64,000 nucleotides of DNA from Methanobacteriota archaeon (GCA_020697715.1 JAEHCO010000005.1:32001-96000); one strand, 5' to 3'; counted from the first letter of the stretch, positions 32,339-42,529 are shown. Notes: a model not told the origin generated them from the sequence alone. Translations and numbers: made by a program.

Positions 32339-33985
32339 ATGAGTTTGATCATCCCCATATTAGCCGCGATCGCCGCGGTTGCAGGCATATTGACCAATGC
32401 GTTCATTATCGAGTCTGACAGGTCAGACTGGAATGAGGTCTTGAAAAAGGTTATGATCATCGGTCTGGTGATCGGCATAGCATTTGGAGTTTTGAACTAC
32501 TTCATAATGATCAAGACCTATGCGATCAACCTGGTCTTTGTTTTCACTTTCTTATTCATAATCGGGTTCTGGATATCATATGGATTATTTAGTTCAAAAA
32601 AGGTATTTCCAGGAATTGCCGCGATCATCGTGCTGGTCATACTTTTACTATCACCTTATGCAATGACCAAGCAATTGTATGAACTGGCAGATGTGGAGGT
32701 TGCCACTGAAAAACCCATGGTAATTGACACCTCCCATCTTAGACAGGTCAACTACGAATATGCAAAATGGAAGGCGGATAAAGTAGTGGGTGAGATGGGA
32801 AATAGAGTGATGATCGGAGAATTGGAGATCATTCTTTTCCAGGGGAGATTGACATGGGTCTGTCCCCTCATACACAGAGGCATTTTCAAGCAATGGGAAT
32901 ATGATATCACACCCGGATATATCCTGGTGGATGGAGAGGATCCCACCAAAGAAGCTATACTTGTGGATGATTATGATATCGATTATTCCTACGAAAATGA
33001 ATTCTTCAGCGAGTACATGCACAGGATAGTTTACAATGAATATCCAGACCATAATCAATATTGGTCCTTCGAGATCGATGAAACGGGAGCGCCATGGGTC
33101 ATCGTCACACTCAGCCAGCCCACAGTCTCATACCGTGGAGATGTGGCAGATACTGTAGTGGTCGTGTCTCCCCTGAACAAGACCATGACAAGCTATCCAT
33201 TTGGATCGCAACCTGATTGGATAGACAATGCATTCCCGGAGGAGCTGGCGGAGAAATATTGTGAGTGGTGGGGAAGCTACAAGCATGGCTTCTGGAACAC
33301 CCTTGTTACTGAGAAGGATGTTAAGAGACCGACTGCGAAGAACAATGCCTATTCCCAGGATGGTGCAGGTTATTTCGGCACCGATGTTTACATGATAGTC
33401 GGAAAAGACAATCAATCTTACTGGTTCACGGATTTCACATCACCAGCCAGCTCGGATCAGAGCATGGTGGGTTACGCTTTGATAAATACACAGACCGGTA
33501 AAATGAACTTCTATGAAGTTACTGGACTTCTCAATGGGGATGCCGCAATGGAAGCCGCGACCGCGAAAGTGACCAATTTTGTAGGTTGGTATGCGACACA
33601 ACCCATATTCCTGATAATTGATGGAAATGAGACCTGGTTCACCCCGATCCATTCTGGAACGAACATATTGCAGAAGGTGGCACTGGTCCAAGCTCTTGAT
33701 GGGAAGGTCATAATGGGTGACACCCTGGAAGAAGTTCTGGCACAGTTCGATTTTGATAACATTGTTCCAGCAGACGTCAATTCAACAATAATCACCTTGA
33801 ATGGTACTGTGAATGACATTCACTCATATGTTGTGGATGGAGAAACTGAATGGTATCTGGATATCAATGGAACCGTGGTATACGCTTACTCCAACACCCA
33901 GCCTTTCCTGATCAATGTGGGGAACCATGTGACCGTCGAATACCAGGTGACTGACAACAGGAATATCATGGTAAGTTGGGATTGA
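32339..33985 (+). CDS. Membrane protein (about 4 N-terminal TM helices) with a large soluble domain; function unknown
   Basis: Long ORF with a purine-rich SD-like sequence upstream and a hydrophobic N-terminus; no catalytic motif recognised. Confidence 0.7.
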   Translation: MSLIIPILAAIAAVAGILTNAFIIESDRSDWNEVLKKVMIIGLVIGIAFGVLNYFIMIKTYAINLVFVFTFLFIIGFWISYGLFSSKKVFPGIAAIIVLVILLLSPYAMTKQLYELADVEVATEKPMVIDTSHLRQVNYEYAKWKADKVVGEMGNRVMIGELEIILFQGRLTWVCPLIHRGIFKQWEYDITPGYILVDGEDPTKEAILVDDYDIDYSYENEFFSEYMHRIVYNEYPDHNQYWSFEIDETGAPWVIVTLSQPTVSYRGDVADTVVVVSPLNKTMTSYPFGSQPDWIDNAFPEELAEKYCEWWGSYKHGFWNTLVTEKDVKRPTAKNNAYSQDGAGYFGTDVYMIVGKDNQSYWFTDFTSPASSDQSMVGYALINTQTGKMNFYEVTGLLNGDAAMEAATAKVTNFVGWYATQPIFLIIDGNETWFTPIHSGTNILQKVALVQALDGKVIMGDTLEEVLAQFDFDNIVPADVNSTIITLNGTVNDIHSYVVDGETEWYLDINGTVVYAYSNTQPFLINVGNHVTVEYQVTDNRNIMVSWD

Positions 33986-34064
33986 TCGAATTACCAGTTA
34001 GTTCGATAATTCGAAGGCGAACAGAGCTGTCTATTCAGTTACCAGCTCATTCAGATATGGTAGA

Positions 34065-37000
34065 TCAATTCAGCCCTATCAATTCATTCCTGGCCTTCTC
34101 TTCCCATGCCGTCATATCCATGGTTCTGAACATGTCACAGGCCTGATCCAGATATTCCCTGGCCTTTCCTGGATCGCCCATGTCCTTCAGAAGAAGAGCG
34201 TGCTCGTATAGGAGGAATGCGATCTCGATCTTTTCACCCACATCCTGAAGGATCGTCCTGGCCTTTTCAAATTCCACACTGGCCTTGTCCATATCTCCCT
34301 TTTTTCTGTGGATCATACCAAGGGTGCGGAGGCACATTCCTTCTTCCCTCTTCAAGCAAGTTTGAATAGAGGTCTCCAGAGCCTCTGCACCATGACTGGA
34401 AGCCTCATCCATTCTTCCGAGCATCATACTGGCCTCGGCCAATCCACATCGGATCTGGATGATGTGGCGTTTGTCTCCCAGCCCCTTATAGATCTCAAGG
34501 CATTTATCAAAATATTCCTCGGCATGGTCTGGAGAATTACTGGCCATGTGAAGGAGTGCGATATTATACAGTGATTCTGCAATTCCATGTTTGTCCTTAA
34601 TATTCTCACGGATCTCCAATCCCCTGGTCTGATACTCCAAGGCGATGTCCATATCCCCTCTGTTCATATGCACCAATCCGATATTGCTAAGAGATAGGCC
34701 AGTACCTTGTTGGTCCCCCATAGCTTCCATGATCTCCAGGCTGCTTTCATAATTCTGCAATGCCTTGCCCATATCGCCCCTGTCCCAGTTAAGATTTCCT
34801 AGATTTATGAGTGAGAAGGCTATACCGCGCTTGTCCATTACCTTCTCCCTTATCTCCAGACTTCGAGTTTGGCATTCCAGAACAAGGTCCAGGTCTCCTC
34901 TTCTACGATGGATTATACCTATATTGTTAAGCGCGGAGGCTATTCCTGGCAGATTTCCTATCTCCTCCATCAATGCCAGGCTTTTCTCCGAGTATTCAAA
35001 AGCCAGGTCATTCTCACCCTGGCTTATGTAGATATTTCCAACCATTCTGAGAGCATTGGCACTGTCCTTCTTGGCTCCCTCCACATTTTCAAAGGTATCG
35101 TATGCTCTTTTGAAACGATCCATGGCATCATCATAGGCACCTTTCCTCCAGAAGGCCGAGCCTTCACCAACCAGTATCCTTCCCAATTCCATGGGATTCG
35201 TATCACTGGCCAGCTCTCTTGCTTGACCAAATAATTCCAGAGATCTGTCGAAATCACCCTTCTTCTCATAGGTCTCACCCGTGCGCCTGAGTATCCGGGT
35301 TTGAATGTCAATGGACTCACCGCCTTCTATGATCCCAGATAGCAGGGTGAGGTTGAGAAGTGCTTCATCATAATCCCCGATCTGTATCTGGATGTCAGCC
35401 AAACTCTCCAGAATAGAGGGCTTTTCACTATCCTCTATAAATTCCAGAGCATTATTGAATGAGCGTATGGCCTCTTCATTGGCATATCTATCCCGGTACC
35501 TATTCGCAGCCAGGATGAGATAATGGCCAGCTCTTTTATCTCCAGCCTTTGAGAAATGATAGGCCAGAGGATCGAGAATATCGCCCAATTCATCCTCTCC
35601 CAGATCCATCATCGCCTCCCCCACCATCAAATGATATTCACTTCTCAGCTCAGTACCGATGCCAGTGTATAGCACATCCCTGATCTTAGCATGATCAAAG
35701 ATATATTTGTCATCAAGATAATTGATAAGGCGATGATTATTCTCTATCTCCCTGAGCGACTTCAGAAGCTTGATACGGTTCAGTTCAAGGGTCCTTCCAA
35801 CCACTACCGATCTGAACTCATTACCGATGACACTAGCACATTCCAGAACATCCATCTGATCCGCCCCCAGCCTATCCAGACGTCGTTTTATAACATCATA
35901 GACCTTGGATGGAATATCAAGATCCTCCAATGATCTGGTTATCTCCCATTTCCCTTCCTCATTCTGGGCAATGGTACCATCTCCCACCAGAAGCCGGGTT
36001 ACCTCAAGAACAAAAAATGGGGTTCCTTCAGTCTCTTTGAATATTCGAGCCAGCAATTCTTTTTCCAGGTGCACCTTACCCAAGGCGGATATTATCATTT
36101 CCTCGGTCTCATTAGATCCCAGTCTTTTCAGCTCGATCCTATTGAATAATGATTCACGGCTCATATTCTGCATCGTGGTTTCCAGATGATGTGGCCTTCC
36201 ATCATCTGTTGCGATGATATCTTCCGGGCGGTAAGTGCCGACCATGAGGACCTTCGATTGCCGGGTGTTTCGAGCCAGATAATGAATCAGGTTGAGAGTC
36301 GTAGGATCCGCCCACTGGAGATCGTCAAAGAATATCAGCAATGGAATATCCATTGCTGTTCTTTGAATTCCCAAGAGTACATTATCAAAGAGATTCTCTT
36401 GTTTTATCTTGGCATCATCAACAAGGAATCTACCATCATATTTTCCAGACCCAGTCAGATCTGCTAACCGGGGAATGAGTGCATCTGCTTCACTCATATT
36501 GCCACCCCAATTCATCAGAGCCTTTGAAGAATCTTCCAATACACTTCTCATATCGTCTATAAGGAACTCGCTCTCATTCCCCTCGATAACAGCAGCCAGT
36601 GATATCTCTCCCAATGATTGGACGAGTATCTTGTATCTGTCATAACCCAATGAACTAAGACCAGCGCCTTTGCCCTTGCCCATCATGGAAAGGGAATCCT
36701 GCACGAAATCACCGACCGCCTTCAGCATTGATGCAAATATGTCCGGGTCCAGCTCTGTTTCCTCACGTTCGACCTTGGCGACCAGCATACCGGCCTTATT
36801 GATAAGATATAATGATACCAAAAATGGTGGAGGTGCATCGGACATGACATGGAGTATGTCCAATTCCTTCAATACGGATTTCACAGGCATCAATGGTTCC
36901 TGGCTTTCAGCCAGACACCAGCCTTGGGCGATCTGGATTTCATTTTTTCCAGCCTCTTTAAAAAGCTCATTGACCAGCCTTGTCTTTCCAATACCAGCCT

Positions 37001-37145
37001 CTCCGGATATCAGAACAGTGGATCCATCACCTTCAAGCGACTTCATGAGAGCCTGTGTGAGCTGTGCCAGTTCATTGTGACGGCCTATAAGCTCAGGCTG
37101 ATTCAAGGTTGGTCCTTCCATGTAATCATAGAATACCTCGGTCAT
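34065..37145 (-). CDS. STAND-like (AAA_16) ATPase with an inserted longin/roadblock-like domain and C-terminal TPR array
   Basis: LIGRHNEL, GEAGIGKTRL, FFDDLQWADP, GTYRPE, ETEGTPFFV, FDHAKIRDVLY, followed by many TPR units (ASALNNIG.., AFSLINLG..). Confidence 0.88.
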   Translation of the reverse strand: MTEVFYDYMEGPTLNQPELIGRHNELAQLTQALMKSLEGDGSTVLISGEAGIGKTRLVNELFKEAGKNEIQIAQGWCLAESQEPLMPVKSVLKELDILHVMSDAPPPFLVSLYLINKAGMLVAKVEREETELDPDIFASMLKAVGDFVQDSLSMMGKGKGAGLSSLGYDRYKILVQSLGEISLAAVIEGNESEFLIDDMRSVLEDSSKALMNWGGNMSEADALIPRLADLTGSGKYDGRFLVDDAKIKQENLFDNVLLGIQRTAMDIPLLIFFDDLQWADPTTLNLIHYLARNTRQSKVLMVGTYRPEDIIATDDGRPHHLETTMQNMSRESLFNRIELKRLGSNETEEMIISALGKVHLEKELLARIFKETEGTPFFVLEVTRLLVGDGTIAQNEEGKWEITRSLEDLDIPSKVYDVIKRRLDRLGADQMDVLECASVIGNEFRSVVVGRTLELNRIKLLKSLREIENNHRLINYLDDKYIFDHAKIRDVLYTGIGTELRSEYHLMVGEAMMDLGEDELGDILDPLAYHFSKAGDKRAGHYLILAANRYRDRYANEEAIRSFNNALEFIEDSEKPSILESLADIQIQIGDYDEALLNLTLLSGIIEGGESIDIQTRILRRTGETYEKKGDFDRSLELFGQARELASDTNPMELGRILVGEGSAFWRKGAYDDAMDRFKRAYDTFENVEGAKKDSANALRMVGNIYISQGENDLAFEYSEKSLALMEEIGNLPGIASALNNIGIIHRRRGDLDLVLECQTRSLEIREKVMDKRGIAFSLINLGNLNWDRGDMGKALQNYESSLEIMEAMGDQQGTGLSLSNIGLVHMNRGDMDIALEYQTRGLEIRENIKDKHGIAESLYNIALLHMASNSPDHAEEYFDKCLEIYKGLGDKRHIIQIRCGLAEASMMLGRMDEASSHGAEALETSIQTCLKREEGMCLRTLGMIHRKKGDMDKASVEFEKARTILQDVGEKIEIAFLLYEHALLLKDMGDPGKAREYLDQACDMFRTMDMTAWEEKARNELIGLN

Positions 37146-37260
37146 AAATATAATTTGTTAAGTTCATCAATAAGAATTATCCAGACCTATAACTATATAT
37201 ATTACCCATTATTTTATCAGCCTTTACATATAATATTTAACGAACACATCCAGAGGAGTT

Positions 37261-37412
37261 AGTATGCGAGAACATAGTGATTGCATACAGAGCTTCAAAA
37301 AATTGAAGCTTTGAATGCATGAATGAATTCGCGCATACTAAACCTCTACATTGAATGTGTGAACTTGTTTCGCACATTCAAAAACTCGAACGAAGTGAGA
37401 GATTCAATATGG
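37261..37412 (+). repeat. Cluster of about 3 hairpin elements and short ORFs in the glnA leader
   Basis: GTATGCGA...TTGCATAC; TTGAATGCATGAATGAATTCGCGCAT; TTGAATGTGTGAACTTGTTTCGCACATTCA...GAGAGATTCAATATGG. The last resembles the element upstream of rps6e. Confidence 0.65.
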
Positions 37413-37423
37413 AGAGGTTAAAA

Positions 37424-38851
37424 ATGACGACCAAAGAGCAGGCAAATGAGATATTGAAAAAAGAGAATGTCAAATGGGTGGAGGTCCAGTTCAGCGATGT
37501 CTTCGGCAGGAACAGATGTGTCTTCCTTCCTGTACGCAAGTTCGTGGATGGCCACGCATGGGAGCGCGGCGTGAATTTCGATGGGTCTTCCATCGGGTTC
37601 CTGGCCACGGATGACAGTGACATGAATGCCTATCCAGATCCAAATACCTTGATGATCCTACCTTTTGAAGATTCTCCAGGTGAAAAGACCGCCATCGTCA
37701 TATGCGACATAAGGGATGTGAATACGAAACAAAACTTTCCTGGCGATCCGAGAAGCATTGCGAAGAACTCAGAAAGAGTTCTTGGCGAGCGTGGTTTTGA
37801 TGGCGTAAATATTCTATCCGAGATGGAATTCTTCGTTTTCAAATCCATGGAGGCCGCCCAGATAGAGAATGATGTCTGGGGTATGGATTCCAATATAGGT
37901 GGAGGAAGCCTCAAGGTCATTCCAACCCACATCAAGCCATTGGTGGATCATGATTATATCATCAAGCCCAAGCAGGGTTATTTCCTCGCCCCTCCAGAAG
38001 ATAGAGTGGCGGGATATCGTCACCAGCTTTCAAACCTCATGGAGGAATTTGGATTCCCTGTCAAGTACCATCATCATGAAAATGGTAATGGCCAGCATGA
38101 GATAGAATTTGAATTCATAGAAGGAGTCACAAAGCCCGCGGATGCCTGCGTGATCTTCAAGCAGATGTCCAGATTATTGTCACAGGACAGAGGATTCGTT
38201 CCAACTTTCATGCCAAAGCCGCTTTTCGCGGACCTGGGCAGTGGCCAGCATGCGCATCAATACCTTACAAAAGATGGAAAGAATGCATTTTTCGATGCGG
38301 ATGATCCCGATCATTTATCCCAGATAGGCAGGTACTATATCGGTGGAATATTGGAATATGCCAGTGATATGGCCGCGATCACCAATCCGATCACGAATTC
38401 CTACAAGAGATTGATACCAGAATTTGAAGCTCCAGTCTTCAAATCATGGTCCTTCAGGAACCGCACTGCCCTGATAAGAGTGGCAGCACCCACTCACAAG
38501 GCCCATATCGATGTGGAGCCAAGACAGGCAGACCCCACATGCAATCCGTATCTCGCATATTCCCTATTCATCCATGCTGGACTTGAGGGGATCAAGAAGA
38601 AGATCGATCCTGGCGAGCCAGTTATCGGCGATGTGACCAAGCTTTCAAAGAGGGAGATGAAGGAGAAGGGAATAGAGATCCTGCCAACAACCCTCGAGAA
38701 CGCACTGGAATTCATGGAGACATCGGATTTCGTGAAGGGCATTTTGGGCCAGAACTTATTCGACCACTACCTTGAAAAGAAACATGAGGAACTATTCGCC
38801 AAGAGGATCTATGTGTCTCCTTGGGAACATTACATGTACTTCAATAGTTGA
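37424..38851 (+). CDS. glnA: Glutamine synthetase type I
   Basis: FDGSSIGF, EMEFF, HHENGNGQHEI, TFMPKP, GSGQHAH, NSYKRLIPEFEAP, NRTALIR, ADPTCNPYLA. The frame is open back to an ATG at 37355. Confidence 0.95.
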   Translation: MTTKEQANEILKKENVKWVEVQFSDVFGRNRCVFLPVRKFVDGHAWERGVNFDGSSIGFLATDDSDMNAYPDPNTLMILPFEDSPGEKTAIVICDIRDVNTKQNFPGDPRSIAKNSERVLGERGFDGVNILSEMEFFVFKSMEAAQIENDVWGMDSNIGGGSLKVIPTHIKPLVDHDYIIKPKQGYFLAPPEDRVAGYRHQLSNLMEEFGFPVKYHHHENGNGQHEIEFEFIEGVTKPADACVIFKQMSRLLSQDRGFVPTFMPKPLFADLGSGQHAHQYLTKDGKNAFFDADDPDHLSQIGRYYIGGILEYASDMAAITNPITNSYKRLIPEFEAPVFKSWSFRNRTALIRVAAPTHKAHIDVEPRQADPTCNPYLAYSLFIHAGLEGIKKKIDPGEPVIGDVTKLSKREMKEKGIEILPTTLENALEFMETSDFVKGILGQNLFDHYLEKKHEELFAKRIYVSPWEHYMYFNS

Positions 38852-38881
38852 TGATCATGTATCACATGTACTTCAATAGTT
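38832..38881 (+). repeat. 18-bp direct repeat duplicating the glnA 3' end
   Basis: ACATGTACTTCAATAGTT at 38832-38849 and 38864-38881. Confidence 0.85.
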
Positions 38882-38906
38882 AGGCAATTATAAAGTATTA
38901 TTTTTG

Positions 38907-38934
38907 TTGCTGGCATTGAGCCCAATGCCAGCAA
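38907..38934 (+). terminator. Perfect 12-bp inverted repeat downstream of glnA
   Basis: TTGCTGGCATTG-AGCC-CAATGCCAGCAA, preceded by a T-run. Confidence 0.55.
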
Positions 38935-39062
38935 TATAGCATTTATCATAATACAATAATTCCCATGATCAGTGCACCTTTTCATTCGATATATTTACTT
39001 TGGGAATTCCCATGGATATCCCAAGATATCCTTAATATCTCAACCGTCAATATTAATATTAC

Positions 39063-39986
39063 ATGAAAAAAAATTCAAGTAGTCAAAACAGGGAAATGCT
39101 AAGGGAGCTGAAGATAAAGATAATCGGTGTCATACTCGCCATAATACTGGTGGTCATCATCGTAATACCATTATCCATGCTCGTGAACGTACCCGCGGGC
39201 TACAAAGCCGTGGTGGTAAAAGGATTCGGGGTCGGCCATGTCTTCGACGAAGGCTGGAATATGAAGAATCCACTGTCGTCTGTGGACTTTGTCAGATACA
39301 ATACACAGAGGGTGGAGTTCATCGGGGCATCATACGGAGAGGACAATGTAGGGAACATCGTTGTCAACAGCAAGGACAATGTCGCGATCTTCATGGACTT
39401 CCAGGTGGTCTTCCATCTTGAAGAAGCCTATGTGAGCGAGATAAGAGTTCAAAATGGTGACTTCGAGGAGACCATCATCGTGCCAATATGCAGATCGGTC
39501 CCCCGAGATGTGTGTGCGAAGTTCGAGGCCCTGGAGATCAGGGGTGACAGTCGTGACCTTGTGGCAGCAGCCATAGAGCGGAACATAACAGCGAAATTCG
39601 CTACCAAGCACATAATCATGGAGGAGTTCGCCCTACAGGAGATCTCATTGCCAGTCGAATATGAATCTGCCATAAACGAGAAGAAAGTGGCGGAGCAGAA
39701 GGTCATAACCGAGCAATACAATCTGGACGCGCAAGAATACATCGCTGAGAGAGACATAATAGATGCTCTGGCTCAAGCCAATGTGACCATCATAGACGCG
39801 GATGCGAAGGCAACTGCCGTGGGAATAATCATGGACCAGTTCAATGTGACCAATGAGGCAGAGGCCGCGAGCATCTACCTTCAGTGGTTGTACATAAGGG
39901 CCCTCACAGATGAGGACACGAATATCGAGTACATAATGGGAGACAATCCCTTCATACTGGACCTTGGCGATGGATCATCCCCATAA
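39063..39986 (+). CDS. SPFH/prohibitin (band 7) family membrane protein
   Basis: N-terminal TM, VPAGYKAVV, SKDNV, LPVEYESAINEKKVAEQ. Confidence 0.88.
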   Translation: MKKNSSSQNREMLRELKIKIIGVILAIILVVIIVIPLSMLVNVPAGYKAVVVKGFGVGHVFDEGWNMKNPLSSVDFVRYNTQRVEFIGASYGEDNVGNIVVNSKDNVAIFMDFQVVFHLEEAYVSEIRVQNGDFEETIIVPICRSVPRDVCAKFEALEIRGDSRDLVAAAIERNITAKFATKHIIMEEFALQEISLPVEYESAINEKKVAEQKVITEQYNLDAQEYIAERDIIDALAQANVTIIDADAKATAVGIIMDQFNVTNEAEAASIYLQWLYIRALTDEDTNIEYIMGDNPFILDLGDGSSP

Positions 39987-40005
39987 TGAAAGGGAGAAAA
40001 CATCA

Positions 40006-40045
40006 ATGCCCAGCACAAAAAGCTGGGCAAACTTTAATTTTTTAA
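40006..40045 (+). terminator. Hairpin plus T-tract between convergent genes
   Basis: TGCCCAGC-ACAAAAA-GCTGGGCA followed by TTTAATTTTTT. Confidence 0.5.
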
Positions 40046-40101
40046 TTAAAAGATCATAATATATTGATCATAAACTTACATTTGATAATCATCAAAAATG
40101 A

Positions 40102-40461
40102 TCAGCCAATGCCCTCGATACCCCTTTCGAGAACATCTTCTCTCATTATGAGCTTCATCTCCCACCTGGCATACCTCATTGCTTTCACCTGCATGATATC
40201 CCATAGTGAAGAAGATTCATCAAAATTCATATCATGATCCTCTTCAAGCACTTTTGGTAGTGGTGGGACTGGAGGTATCTCACCACCAGAATCGAGGAAT
40301 TCCTTTTCCCGCCTGGCAAGGTCCGATTCCCACTGGACAAGCTCTTCTTCCTTGAGCTTGAACTTCGCGGTCTCGTCCTCCATTATCCCCCAGACTGGGC
40401 GGAGACTGTTGGAGTCCTCATTTTCAATGTCTTGATTTGTCTGATCTTCATCGGGTGTCAT
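40102..40461 (-). CDS. Small acidic hypothetical protein
   Basis: 119-aa ORF with upstream GTGAGG; internal W-E..L..RE repeat. Confidence 0.55.
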   Translation of the reverse strand: MTPDEDQTNQDIENEDSNSLRPVWGIMEDETAKFKLKEEELVQWESDLARREKEFLDSGGEIPPVPPLPKVLEEDHDMNFDESSSLWDIMQVKAMRYARWEMKLIMREDVLERGIEGIG

Positions 40462-40520
40462 GGGTTTGCCTCACAACCAGGATATATTACTGGCACATAA
40501 TATTTTTGAAAGATGAACTT

Positions 40521-40916
40521 CTACTTCTTTGTTAAGTAATTGGTCAATGCCTTCTTCAGAGTGTCCGCCGAGAGTTTGGCACAATGATGATGATCCTCCG
40601 GGAGGTCACCCAGCTCTTTGATCACATCCTGGTCGGATATCTCAATAGCCTGGCCAATATCCTTTCCCTTGGCCATCTGGGTCGTGATGCTTCCGCAGGC
40701 GATCGTGGTACCACATCCATCCGTGTAGAACTGAACATCCTCGATGATATTGCCCTTGGCCTTGACATAGAATTCCATGGTGTCTCCGCATGAGCCAGTT
40801 ATTTCTCCGAAGCCATCCGGATCACTCATCCTTCCGACATTCTGCGGGTCGTAGGATTCCTTTATGAACTTCTCGGTGTTCTTTCTCTTCAGCTCCGCAT
40901 CATTGTCCAATATCAT
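40521..40916 (-). CDS. IscU/NifU-N-like Fe-S scaffold protein
   Basis: GSCGDTM, DGCG..IACGS, HHCAKL. Confidence 0.88.
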   Translation of the reverse strand: MILDNDAELKRKNTEKFIKESYDPQNVGRMSDPDGFGEITGSCGDTMEFYVKAKGNIIEDVQFYTDGCGTTIACGSITTQMAKGKDIGQAIEISDQDVIKELGDLPEDHHHCAKLSADTLKKALTNYLTKK

Positions 40917-41050
40917 CGAACCTGAAATAGTAACTGGCCTTATTAAATTTACTCTATATTTGGTGAGATAATATATGTAAAAATCAAAGCCCAGCATATG
41001 TCCATTCATATCTCTTAAATACCCTCAAGCACTACTGGTCGAAGGAGATC

Positions 41051-42526
41051 ATGGGCATGTGGAAGAAAAACATAGACGGAGAAGAATATTTTTTGACCAA
41101 GAGCAAGTACATGAATGGCATCCAGTGCCCGAGATTATTGTACAAAGCGGTGAACATGCCGGATGATATCCCACCGCCTGATGAGGCCACCCAGTTCATT
41201 TTCAAACAAGGTAATGAGGTAGGAGAGATCGCCAGACAGAAATTCCCTGGTGGCATCCGTATCCAGATGTTCCCATGGCACACTATCACCAAGAGGACGA
41301 AAACAGCCATCAACAGCCTGGCCGAGCATGTTTACGAGGCAGGGTTCCTTCATGATGAAGTGGTCGTGCTTGTGGATGTCCTGAGAAAGCTGGACGGCAA
41401 GACCGTGGACATCATCGAAGTTAAGCAATCCACAAGGCAAAAGGATGAACATATTCCGGATCTGGCAATACAGAAATACGTTGTCGAGGGAAATGGGTTC
41501 AAGGTCAATAAGACATTTTTAATGCATCTGAACCGCGACTATGTACATCCTGGCGATGGAGATGCGGAGCTTCTGGTCATGGAAGATTGCACAGATGAGG
41601 TGAACGAGCACCTGGCCACTGTGCCGGAAAGACTGGCCGAGATGAGAGAGACTTGCGAATTGAACTCTCCACCCAGATCGGAGATCGGCCCGCATTGCAC
41701 CAGTCCGAGAGAATGCGCGCTCATGCCCGAATGCTGGGCACGAGTTCCAAAGCCATCGATCTTCAATATAACTGGCTACAGGAAAAAATGGGAGCTGTAC
41801 GAGCAGGGCGTGGTCCTATTGAGCGATGTACCGGATGGCACAAAATTAAGTGTGAGCCAGCAGGCTTTCCTCGACTCGTACAGAATAGGCCAGCCGATAA
41901 TAGACACCCAGGCGATACAGAACGAATTGGGTAAGATGGAGAAGCCAATTCATTTCCTTGATTTTGAGACGATAAACTGGGCGGTCCCCAAGCATGAGGG
42001 AATGCGATCCTACATGCAGGTGCCCTTCCAGTGGTCACTGCACACACTGGAAGATGGAAAATTAGAGCATAAGGAATTCCTGTGGGATAACCAAGAAGAT
42101 CCGCGATTACAATTAACAGAAAAGCTGCTGGATGCCCTCGGAGACAAGGGCTCGATAGTCGTTTACTCGTCCTTCGAAAAGAGCAGGCTGAACGAGCTGG
42201 CTGATGCGTTCCCCGAGCACCGCGATAGAATTAACGCGGTCATCGACCGATTATGGGATCAGCTGGAGATATTCAGGAACTTCTACACGGATGCGGCGTT
42301 CGGCGGCAGTAATTCGATAAAGAACGTGTTGCCAGTGCTTGTGCCGGAATTGAGCTACAAGGATCTCGAAATTCAGCAAGGTGGCCTGGCGATGGCCACC
42401 TTTGCCAAGTTCATAGAAATGAAAACAGGATCTGAAAAAGAAAAGATCAGAGATGCCCTGCTGAAATATTGCGAAAGGGATACGCTGGCAATGGTTGAGA
42501 TTCATAGAAGGCTGGCGGAGCTTTGA
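41051..42526 (+). CDS. DUF2779-type protein: N-terminal PD-(D/E)xK/Cas4-like nuclease plus C-terminal RNase H-like domain
   Basis: LTKSKY..GIQCPR, DVL...IIEVKQST, DLAIQ, HC.....C.....C, FLDFET, QVPFQWSLH, SIKNVLP, LLKYCERDT. Confidence 0.8.
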   Translation: MGMWKKNIDGEEYFLTKSKYMNGIQCPRLLYKAVNMPDDIPPPDEATQFIFKQGNEVGEIARQKFPGGIRIQMFPWHTITKRTKTAINSLAEHVYEAGFLHDEVVVLVDVLRKLDGKTVDIIEVKQSTRQKDEHIPDLAIQKYVVEGNGFKVNKTFLMHLNRDYVHPGDGDAELLVMEDCTDEVNEHLATVPERLAEMRETCELNSPPRSEIGPHCTSPRECALMPECWARVPKPSIFNITGYRKKWELYEQGVVLLSDVPDGTKLSVSQQAFLDSYRIGQPIIDTQAIQNELGKMEKPIHFLDFETINWAVPKHEGMRSYMQVPFQWSLHTLEDGKLEHKEFLWDNQEDPRLQLTEKLLDALGDKGSIVVYSSFEKSRLNELADAFPEHRDRINAVIDRLWDQLEIFRNFYTDAAFGGSNSIKNVLPVLVPELSYKDLEIQQGGLAMATFAKFIEMKTGSEKEKIRDALLKYCERDTLAMVEIHRRLAEL

Positions 42527-42529
42527 GGC

